From positions 19,056,101 to 19,120,100 of the forward strand of contig NC_092677.1 in NCBI RefSeq assembly GCF_964355755.1: a stretch of DNA of 64,000 nucleotides, read 5' to 3'. Shown here piece after piece: positions 39,167 through 50,800 of the stretch; position 1 is the stretch's first letter; each line of letters starts with the position of its first letter. The position numbers and the translations under genes are program-made. The notes below the pieces were generated by a model. It saw nothing but the letters and a program-made list of their open reading frames with translations, was not told where the DNA came from and did not search any database. The DNA is from Antedon mediterranea. Taxonomy: Eukaryota > Animalia > Echinodermata.

Positions 39167-40429
39167 AATGATAACAGAAAAGGCATTATGGATCCCGCAG
39201 TGGGACGCCTGACTGGAAGATAGTCAGAACAGACACCTTCAATGACGTCGACACGTTGTTCTTTATTTGAAAGAAACGCAAACTGGAGTGAAAAACAAAC
39301 GAGCGTAGTTTATAAAAGATAAGTATAAGGCATATCTTATCGACTTTCTCTGAGCTATATAGTATCCAGATTCAAACTAATTCAACAGTCAAGTTGAGTA
39401 AGGGTGGAATTTCCCTTGACAAAACCATGCTGTAGATAAAGTAATGAAGTAGGAAAAATCAGATTAAAACACGTTTCATAACTTTACTGGCAATACGTAA
39501 TAACGAAACCGATCGAAATCTGCTGGTTTTGTCTGCTGTAATAAACTCGCTCTCTACTACAAACCTAAGATAGCAGCAAAAGGAACGAAGTTCGAGGTTG
39601 GAAACTTCAGTCAACTGCAGTTAAGGCTACCTTCGTGACAAAACCTTAATTAAAGGTTGAATATTGCAGCTCACCCATAGGATTAACTATCAGAAAGAAC
39701 AAATACTGGTTTGTTGAATGCAATTAAGAGATCCAGAATGTTGGCGGAAAAAATATCGTACTCAGCATTTTTGTCTAAGGGGAAAAAAGGTGCATTTTGT
39801 CTAACCAACAGCAAACTTCTTCAATGCAAGCTTCGAGTGTTCAAGAACAATTGGTGGACAAATATAACAAAGAGAACTCAGGTTTAAGCAGACACAACTA
39901 ACTTTAACTACAGTGGTTTTTAAGAAGTAAATATGGTCCTTCATACCGGATCTAATCATCTAATCTTGGTGATCAGATTACTTTTACTCTGTTATCAGTG
40001 CTAAACAGAGAAAACTCGGCAATTCCCAATATTCCACCACTGCAGTCAAACCTGAGCTGGATGAAATCTCAACTCTAGCAGAGACCTCTTTCCGAGGTTT
40101 ATGGTATGGAAAACAGGTTTATGGTAAAAATTACAGAAATTAGTTTTTTGAAAAAAATGTTGCATTAAATATATGATGATATTTAAATTGTGAACACCAA
40201 AATTATAACTTAATACAAATACATAGTTTGTATTAAATAGCAGCCAGTTTGTTTTAGCTTGGTGATCCAACAGACAGCCAGTTACACAAAATTTCATTCT
40301 CATGGTCTTGACAATCAAAAATCCATAAAAAAAATAAGGTTATGCAAAATACAGGCTTTTGGCTGTCACATTTTCAACTAACATTTTGGTATTTTCCATA
40401 TTTTTGTGAAACAAGTTATTTATTTGCCA

Positions 40430-41205
40430 TTGCGTAGAGGCCATGAATGTCATATAAACAAGAAATATTTCTTACAAAAAGACGCCGCTCGACATTTTAA
40501 AATTAATCATTGTCCTTTCTTCACATATATTAAATGATTAATTATAAAAAGGTGTCCTTTAATCGCAAAATACATACAACTCGATGATAGTTCTTTAACT
40601 ATGAATCATATTATGCCCATTTTTTAACTAGTTAATTGTATACTATAAATACACAATTTTTAATAATTTATGGAAAATATGTTTTTGTTACCATGGAAAC
40701 GTGTAACAAAATTAAAATACGTTGGTTAATCGCAAAAATACACAAAATCTAACAGCTATTCCATTATAAATCCCATCATGCTCATTTTGGTGGGTGTTAG
40801 TAATCTGGTTGTATTTCATTGAATAATTGATATTTCTGCTAATTTTCAACAGCATTTAAAAGAAGACATGTGTACCTTTCCAACAATGTATTATTTGCCA
40901 ACAAATATTAATCTACTAATTAAAAATGGCATTTAAAAATGGTCAATTTTGAACTTGTGTGTGACCTCAACCTGTAGGCATGCAACTCAATACCCTCTAG
41001 AGACGTGACTTTACGGCGGTACAAGTGAGAAATTCTTCCGCAGTCCAAAATCGTTCAACCGTGAGCCCTCATAGACTCCCAGACACTTTTTTGGGTACAG
41101 CAGCTGGGACCTATAAATTATAGTCGAGTTTACAAATTCTTAATACTGTCGGCCTTAGAACTATAGCTACTGCGATGATAAAGCTTCTTAATGAGTATGT
41201 CCTGT
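40430..41205. repeat. Interspersed repeat with inverted copy at about 54870-55470
   Basis: Shared blocks, e.g. AATACCCTCTAGAGACGTGACTT, CAGCAGCTGGGACCTATAAATTATAG, AGACATGTGTACCTTTCCAACAATGTATTATTTGCCAACAAATATT. Confidence 0.8.
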
Positions 41206-41828
41206 CGGCGCGAAAAAGTCATGGAACTAATGTGGGTAATGGTAGATGTGGTCAAGGGTCACCTATTCATATAAAAAATGTTGTTGGTATTTTTGTGTGT
41301 TATATATTTGTAAAACTATTTATTCACCGTATATGGTGTAAGGGCAAACAAGTCACAGAACTATGGTGGGAATAAATGGTATTAATCATGGATCATCCAT
41401 TTATACCAAAATATTTATAATAATTAGTAATACCATAAAGTCATGTGGCTACCAAAGTGTGTAAAATGTAAATTATACAATGCAATTCAAGGCAATATAA
41501 CTTTTATTTAAAAACTAATAATATACATCATAATAATTGAATGTATTGATACAGTAAAAGTAAGTACAAAACATATTTATTATTTTATTATTTATGCTCA
41601 TTTTTATGAAACAGCCATGGTTTTTATTTCTTTAAATACATTTTCTTTGTAGGAAGAGGTGCTATTTGAATTTTGGCAATAGCATGTTTCATAAGACTAC
41701 AGAACCACCACTACATTTAAATGATGGTGGCAACAACATTAAATTAAAGTAAAACAAATAAATTAATAGCAACATTTTCCTTTAAAAATTGGTGCTTTAA
41801 CACTCATTTAAATACATACAAGTATATA

Positions 41829-44800
41829 CTAGACAGTATGATTTGTCTTCTTATCTGATACTAACAAATGGTTCTTAGCTAGCGAATGGACTCTTCCAAT
41901 ATGGTGGGGCAGGGGTAATATAGCAAGACCAGCTGGACCTAACTGTTTAATACCTTCAAGTACATTTGTACCCTCAAATTTTACCCTGCACCTAAATGGT
42001 TTCTTTTGATCCATGGCCGGAGCAAAGTCTGTGCCACGAAATGTTGTTTCCAACTAAAAAGAAAAAAAAAACATAAAAGGACAACATTTAACTAGATTTG
42101 AACTCGTCACTTTGACGAGTTCGGGTTATCCGCGCAAACGCAACATGCACATACTTTAAACTATATGAACCTCGACAATTATTATGCCATCCTATGACAT
42201 GAAATAAATGTGTTTACAGTGCTGAACTGTACCTATTTTGTAGCATACATCATATTACAGTATTTACAGAATACACTAGTTATATACAGTGTAGCATAGA
42301 CGAAATTACGAGACCCATCTTTTAAATCCAATTATTAACACGATGACGTCATCAAATTGACATATAAAAATAACAATTTTAGAAGATAATTATCTAATTA
42401 ATTACATTAATACAAATTTGAAAAATTTTGGGCACGTAAAAGTGAGATGCGCTCTCGTTTAAACGCAATGAACTTTTACGCAAGAGATGAAAATATGACT
42501 TTTTGAATTCAACTGGCCATATGATGACGTCACATCTGATTGGCAAAATAATTACATGAATTCGTATCTACAATCCAATAGCTTCCAGAAAACGTTTTAA
42601 TCATGATTATCAATTTTTATTCTTACGAGCTATAACATATTGAAATTTACTGTAAAGATGAAAATAGATGACCCACGTTATTTACATTTTGAGACATTAT
42701 GACATCATAAAAATTAAAATATTTTTAACTCATGAGAATGCCAATGCTCCAGATTTAGATATCTGCAGCAGCTCTATACCGACATTAATCAGATAGATTT
42801 GTCAGGATAAACATCTATGTACATGTACTACATTACTGTAATATTTTCAAAAGGTGTCACAAAACCTAAGATCATAAAGTATTTCATGATATTTATGGTA
42901 TAAAAAGCATTAATAAATGTTTAAAATTGTGAATAGATGAAGAATTATGGTTTTTAACCTACTGTATGTACATCTTAAAATGTATGATATTACTGTAGGT
43001 CTTAGCTTTCGTGATTTTAGGTTTTGTGACACCTATTTTTAAAAGGCAAATACTTACATTGTATTTAACTGTTTCTAAGATGGGCTGTTTGTTTATTCCA
43101 AATGTGCTGATGTTTATTTCTTTTCTCTGTTTCTTCTCCTGAATGTCCTCGCAACATATTCTGCCATCGAAAACCTCCTCTTTTACTTCAGGACCCCCTT
43201 CAAGATAATAAAGATCGATTGGATTGATGAAGTGGACAATATGAGAATGGACATGTTCAAATGCTTTAGAAAAATATTAAAAAGAAGAATAAGTGGGGAA
43301 GTTGGACATCCGCATATGTCTATGTGGAGAAAGAATTGGGTTGGAAATCTTGGAACAAAGCCAAATGAGTTGCCAGAAACACAGGTAGCTAGATACGTAT
43401 TTAACAGGTAAATTAATTTGATTACATTTCGTCTGGAAAATCGTCACGAGTGAAAGTAAACAAAGATTTCAAACCACGAGTATGCATTATGCATGATGCT
43501 AATTAGAATTGTTTACAACTCGTCACGGTTGAGAAGGTGTTTTCACACAGATCGCGAGGAAGTTTTATGATTATGTATACAGAGTAGCAAAACAAGCACG
43601 TTGCATTATGAGATAAGTTTTGATCAAAAACTTTGACTGGAAGTCAAAGTTATTTTTTGAACAAAAAAACGTCCGTATTTCGGTTAAATTATTATTTTTT
43701 TAACTAATTTTTGGTGAAAGTTAATAACTATATGATACTTAAAAGTGACCCACTTTTTTTCGGAATATTAAAAAAAAATATTTTTTAATTAGTCAAAGGG
43801 ACAATACATCTTTAAGTAAAACATAATTTCTGATATTTTATATAATTTTTTAGAGTTATAATACAGTAAATCATAATGTAAATTAAAAACTCTCCTCTTG
43901 TTTCTTTAAATAAAGGTCTGATATGTATTGCAATATTTACCATGATGACATGCATTGAATGTTTACATTTCATACATTTGTGTGTTAATAGGAAATTTGC
44001 ATTAGTATTTACAACTACATTAAATACAAATGAGAGCATCAATTATTAATAATCAGTGATTTGTACAGTTTAGTGATTTAGGACAATTGACACAAAATGA
44101 GGCCACCACCCAATAAATGAGTGAGAGGTAGTCCATGTTGGTGTATTCCAAAATACTTACTTGGTCTTTTCCTACTCTTCCTAGTCAGTGGGTTTTGGTC
44201 AATTTTATTGAGACGATACTGACTGAATGCACCCTGGCTATCACAATTCAGCACCATGTCTGCTAAGGAATGAAGGTTTCGACCAGTCAGCTTTAATTCC
44301 TGAATCTTTGTACATTCAAGACTGTTCATTAGAGCCTGTAAAATTGTATAAAACATGCTAATGGTTTAACTTTGTTCAAACTTGATTGGATAGAGACTTT
44401 AGTGGTACAGCGGAACAGCACTAGTCCCTCAATTGTATGCACGCGCACCAGAGATCAAATTGATACACCCTCATCTTTCAGTATTTTTATTCACGAAGCG
44501 GGATGTCTTAAGAGATACTTTTATATATAAACACATATTTATACCCAAATACTTAGCAAAAATCTTTGCAGCCTTCTCTAACAAGATATGCAAGTGTGCT
44601 GATGTAGCATTTGATAACTCATAAATCATTCAACCCCTGTGGTTAAAGGGACAAATTATGTGTTTTCGAAATAGGGGTCAAACAATAAATACAACTGTTT
44701 GAGCATAAACAAGGTTTTTAACCAAAACAACCCAAATATTAAGTGATTTGGTTGAGATTTGTGCTGTTGTTCAATAGGAGATTTTTTACTGTGAAATGTT

Positions 44801-47800
44801 TAATTTTCCTAAAAAAAAATATCCTTTAAAAGTCATGGATAATTGTTAATTGTTAAGTTTGTGCAGTTTAGAAATACTTGATGTACAGTATCCAGGTTAC
44901 TTTACGCCTGTAATGCATCAATTAAAGATCCCCTTCCCTGACAGAGCTGTACATACCTGCATAACAATGTCTTTGTATGCAGCTTTAATGTTGGTTACCA
45001 TGATGTAAGGGGAGTGTGGGTAATGTACAATCAAAAAGCTGTTGCTTGGCAGGAAACATGCTTGTGAATGTGGGCTGTCCTGAAGAATGGCAACATGAAA
45101 CCATAGTGAGTCACTATGTTTCCGGAAACACAAACACTGTAAAAGTAAAGTATAAAACAAGTTACAAATGTATTGGAATTTAGGGCCTAATTTTTAATTA
45201 AAATTGAAACAGTGATCTGTTTGATACAGTAATTATACAAAGGAATCATCACATTGGAAAAATATTGAATAAAACTGAAAAAATGTTGATTTTAAATAAT
45301 TTTGTTTATCTGTTCATTGTAATATTTACCTTTAAGGAGCTGGATATTTAATAAGTTTAAGAATTTGTTATTAATGTTTTGTACAGTATTCCTTCTAAAT
45401 TTAAATAAGGTCAAATCTTGTAAAAGCCAAATTTGCAGCTTCAAACAAAAATAGTGAAAGTCAAGTTTGCAGTACACCATGTGATTCCAAAAGAAAATAT
45501 AAAATAACATGACATTGACAACATTCTAAACCTTATTTGAACAGTGTTTATTCTTCATGCAAACCTTTAAACAATAAGGTTCTTTCAAAGATTAAGAAGA
45601 ACTTGTTGTTCTCAATACAATTCAGTACAGTACACACTTGGGTATTATGAAGAGAACATATAAAAAAACTACATACATTTTGCCATTTGTACAATATTTT
45701 AAGGATGTGCAGCAGAAACAGTCTATAAATTTCAAACATAAACTTACGTAGATGACAAATTTCGTTTTTGTAAAAGCACAAGTTAACGGAGTACTTACTC
45801 GAACGTTTCGATCTCTATCAGAGATCCTTCTCAACTGACTGCGGAGTGTTAATGCAGCTTGGTCATTCTTGACGTCATCTGTTGATGACGTTGTACGCCT
45901 CCGGTTGTAGGTTGGAGGTTGTGCGGGGCTCGGCCAGGTGATGTGTCTATCAAATCATTGTACAAATGCGAGAGTTCGTGGGCTCCAGTGTCCCGGTTCA
46001 TGGTCTTCTCTTTATTTCTCCTTATATGTAATGATTCTCTAATCTGTCTGTCTTTGCGTTTAGGCTCTTTGGTTAAGATGGTAGCCTCCCAGTTCGGTAC
46101 ATGATTGTGTTTTATGACATGTTCTGTAATGGCAGATTTGTGTATGATCGAAGATGTGGATGTTCTGGAGGCCCTAGTCATTACTCCCCCCGTGTTTGTT
46201 GTAACATCTTTTTTGTGATCATTAATTCGTGTTTGTAATGCCCTCCCTGTTTCCCCAATGTAAACTTGTGGACAGTTGCGGCAGGTGACTTCGTAGATTA
46301 CTCCACATGTATCCATCTTCTCGATTTTATCTTTTGGGTGGACGAGGCTATTCTTGATTTTATTTTGGGGTAGGAAATAGGTTCCGACATTGTGATAGGA
46401 GAGAGTGCGTCGTATTCTTTCTGCCATTCCTTTTACATAGGGGATTCCTATGCTACCTCGCATCTTGATCTTTTCCTTCTGTGGTTCGTGTCCTTTGTTC
46501 TTTTTTCTTCTTCTCTGGAAGGACCACTCTGGATACTGGCAGTTGTGTAACGCTTTCTTGATGTTATCCATCTCAACTTTCCTCAAATCCATATCTCCCA
46601 CTACCTTCTCAGCTCTGTCCACAAGCGTGTTTATAAGCCCCAGTTTGTGTTCGAGTGGATGATGTGAGTTGAAATGTAAATATTGGTCTGTGTGAGTGGG
46701 CTTCCGATAGACTGAGGTGGTAACTGTTCCATTGTCATTGAGTGTGATGAGCATGTCCAGGAAAGGTATTGTGTTGTTTGTCATCGATTCTGTGGTGAAC
46801 TTGATATTGTCAGTTATATCGATGTTATTAAGATGTGTGTTAAATGTATGTACTGTACCTATGGGGATGATAGCTAATACATCATCAACGTATCGTTTCC
46901 AATACACAGGCTTGATGTTAGTGGGTGCCGTGTTTATGGCTTGATGTTCGAGCCACTCTAGATACAAGTTCGCCAATATAGGACTTATTGGGCTTCCCAT
47001 AGCAATGCCTTGTATTTGCCTATAAATGTTACCATTGAACGAGAAATAGGTTTTGTTCACAATTAAACCGAGGAGCTCCATTATGTCTGTCACATGTAGT
47101 TTAGTTCTATCCAGAAGTGTCGGATCTGTTGTTAGGCGATTTTCGACAACTTTGAGGGCCTCTTCTACTGGTGTTTTTGTAAACAGAGATACTACGTCAA
47201 ACGAGACAAATGTTTCACTTGGTTTGACTATTATTTCTTTTAGTTCACTCGCCAACTCTCCTGAGTAAGTTACATGATGTTCTGTGTTTCCGACAAGCGG
47301 ACCCAGGATTTTGGTGAGGAATTGTGCAACGGTGTAAAAAACGGTGTTGATGTTATCTACTATAGGTCTTAATGGCCAATTTGGTTTATGTATCTTCGGA
47401 AGACAATACAACCTAGGTACAATTTCAGCCGTGGGAAACAGCCATTCTTTCTCTCTGTAGTTGATTTTCTTTTCTTTGAACAACCTGCCTATGATGTTGA
47501 CCACTTTTCGTTTATAGTTTTGTGTTGGATTACGTTTTAGCAGTTCGTAAACATTAGTGTCGCTCACCATGGTTCCCACTTTATCTTTGTAATCATTAGT
47601 ATTTAGGATGACAGTAGATCTACCTTTATCCGCTGGGAGAATAAGAATAGATTTATCTTTCTTCAAGTTGTTTATGGCCTTTCGTTCTTTGGGGGTTAAA
47701 TTTGAAGGTCCAACCTACAACCGGAGGCGTACAACGTCATCAACAGATGACGTCAAGAATGACCAAGCTGCATTAACACTCCGCAGTCAGTTGAGAAGGA

Positions 47801-50800
47801 TCTCTGATAGAGATCGAAACGTTCGAGTAAGTACTCCGTTAACTTGTGCTTTTACAAAAACGAAATTTGTCATCTATACAAAATCGAAGCTAAATGAAAT
47901 TCTTTCAAGATAAACTTACGTGTTTGAAGAAACTTGAAATTTGTTTCTTGATTTTGCGTTGAATAACATATGGGTTTGTCAGATCCGCCGATCCTATAAT
48001 GAAAATGTAAACACACTGTAATAAGATCAGTTGTAGTGGAGCTAGAGCTTGGTGGTTAACAGGTTTGACTTCCAATCCCAAGGTCCGGGGGTCAATCCTG
48101 AACTAGTGCCAGGGTTGTACTGTAACTCACAACTCTTTTAAATCCACTCCCTAAGCTTAAAATGAGACTTAGTTTATAAGCATGATAAACTATGAAATAC
48201 TGTAGTTTATCCATCCTGTAATTGGCTGTTGAATGTGTATGAAATACTGTAGTTTATCCATCCTGTAATTGGCTGTTGAATGTGTATGAAATACTGTAGT
48301 TTATCCATCCTGTAATTGGCTGTTGAATGTCTATGAAATACTGTAGTTTATCCATCCTGTAATTGGCTGTTGAATGTGTATGAAATACTGTAGTTTATCC
48401 ATCCTGTAATTGGCTGTTGAATGTCTATGAAATACAAACAAAAGTGCCATTCAGTACTCCCTGCTAAGTGCCAAGCGTTTTATATTTTTACCGCACGATT
48501 TTATGCATGCAAATAAAGATTTCATTAATAACGATCATTTAATTTTAAATGATTACCTAACTATGTACAGTATGAGTAATACCATCATAAATGGTTAAAA
48601 TGATATTGATTTGAATTTATTGATTTTGAAGCAGTGTGACAAAGCTACACAAACAATTTGAAAATTAATCTATAGGGCAATCATAGACTACTGTACAATA
48701 CCAATCTATTGTTACATGTATTGATTTATATTGAATTTTGGATCATTTGTCATATTTTAGATACTGTACTCATTTTGATTTACCAATTTGAATCATGAAA
48801 CTGCATACTGTACTCTGAAGAACCATAGGCTAAAATAGTAAGTTGATTGAATGTTTAGTGTCAATGTACTGTAGGCTACTGTAATTGCTTTTCATGGTAC
48901 AGGTTGTTTGCTTTGTACCAATAGAGTAATCAATCACGAATCAACATAAAATTCAATACATGTTTAGATTGAAATGGTGGTGACGGGTGTTGACTTGGGT
49001 ATATCATGCACAAGCGTGGGATGGTAGGCCTATAGTTCAATGTACAAAAATGTGTAAAAACCATCTATAAAATACTGTAGCAGTAAAGACAATTTTGATA
49101 ATTTCATAATATATTTAATACACAGTACCATCTTTATTGAGAGTGGTCTATCCAGTTTCAGTTAAAAGAAACTAATCATTAAATAGCCCCAGATAAAACA
49201 TACTTAACAAGCATTGATATTCAGTACAAAGGCTTTAAAGCATACATATTTACTACTAGATGCCTGTAGAAAAAGAATTTTTGATTAGGGTTATCCTCTT
49301 GCTCACATCTTTTTGTTATTTATTTTTGTGTTCTACTGTATTAATTAAAAACAAACAGTAAGAAACATTTTTTCTTTATGACAGAAATGGCTGAAAGCTT
49401 GGCAAAGCTACTTGAATGTCCAGTATGTTTTGAAGAGTACCACTTGGTAACCAAGTTACCGAAAATGTTACCATGCCAACACACACTTTGTTTATCATGT
49501 CTCATGAGATTAAAAAAGAAAGACCATCGAATAAAATGTCCTGTGTGTCGAACCTGGCATTGCGTTCCTATTGGTGGGCTAGAAACTATTGCTAACAACA
49601 TAACATTAATTGGAGTTCTAGAAAGTCAATCTGGAACTGTAAGCAGTGTTCCTCTAGACGTTCTGGAGAGAAGGACTAGCATGCTAGAGAGAATAAATAG
49701 TGTGTATGAAAAACATGCTGACGACACATTCATTTGTTCTGTAAATACAAATCCTGATAGAAATAATGTGGAGAGTCTAAAACAGTATTTAGATGGAAAA
49801 CTAAAGTCTCTTAAGAAACTTGGTAAAGCAGAGATTATGGATGATGAAGTACATGAGAAGGTAAATGACAACTGCAAAACAACAAAAGAAGAGATTGATC
49901 GAATTTTCCAAGCACAGATTGAAATGATGCAAAGGCGACAAAGAAAACTACATCAGGAAGTAGACAAATACATGAAAGAAGAAAAGGAAAGAATTCAAGA
50001 TACTCAGAGAGGGGTCATAGCAGAGATGAATGATATAGTAGATACCTGCAGACGCATTGAAAACAGATTATCAACAGCGAACACTCTTACAGAAAATGAA
50101 CTCCTGGCATACTCACAGAAGTGCACTCGATATGAACTCAAGATCCAGAATGGAAAAGCAAAGTTAGATGTTGTGAAAAGTGTTGTTACTTTTACAGAGT
50201 TTAATGGTGAAAACTTAAGAATTTCAATAAACAAATTTGGCAAAGTGTCAGCTATAATCAAAGAGAATATGCCACGTTACATACCACTGAACTGTTGTAG
50301 AAGAGAGCCAGTAATGATTGGAAAGAATATTTTGGATGGAAATTTGTTGGAGGATGGTCCAATTGCAGTAGCAGTTTTGGCCAACAACAGTATAGCAGTT
50401 ACAGATGGGGTTAACAGTTGTATAAGGGTATTTAACAAACAAGGAAAACTTGACTTATCCTTTGGGAAAGAAAATCTCCATTACCCAACAGGTCTTTGCT
50501 TAAATATGAATGAAGAGTTTGTTGTCACAGATAAAACTGGGAAGATAAGAATCTTCAGTAAGGATGGAAAATTCCTTCGCGATCTAGCTACGACTGACTC
50601 GGCTATAGTCGGTGTTCCCAGAATGATTGGAATTGCCTGCGACGAATCTTTTAAATACTATGTTGGAAATAGAAAATCACATCAAATTGATGTGTTCTAT
50701 CCAAACGGAAAATATGCCAGTCGATTCAAAGCACCAAGTATGTTAATGAATCCTCAAGGATTGACGACATATAATGGGAATCTTTATGTAACAGACACTA

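Larger units (their letters stand above)
34950..39900 (+). mobile_element. Highly decayed CR1/L2-type LINE interrupted by MITEs
   Basis: ORF1 esterase-like remnants VYPGAK (about 35370) and FDTI/IHGGTNDC split by the MITE at 35461-38154. Only weak endonuclease/RT traces downstream. Confidence 0.5.
45750..47909 (-). mobile_element. Penelope-like retroelement (RT + GIY-YIG), 5'-truncated, with inverted pseudo-LTRs and 12-bp TSD
   Basis: 168-bp inverted repeats at 45749-45916 and 47709-47876 that look identical by eye; 33-nt extra tail at 47877-47909; direct repeat ATAAACTTACGT at 45738-45749 and 47910-47921. Confidence 0.93.

Noticed and set aside
45081-45112. CTGAAGA-ATG gcaa CAT-GAAAC..GTC hammerhead-like string
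   Set aside because: No stem I, and it is antisense to a CENP-N coding exon; probably chance.
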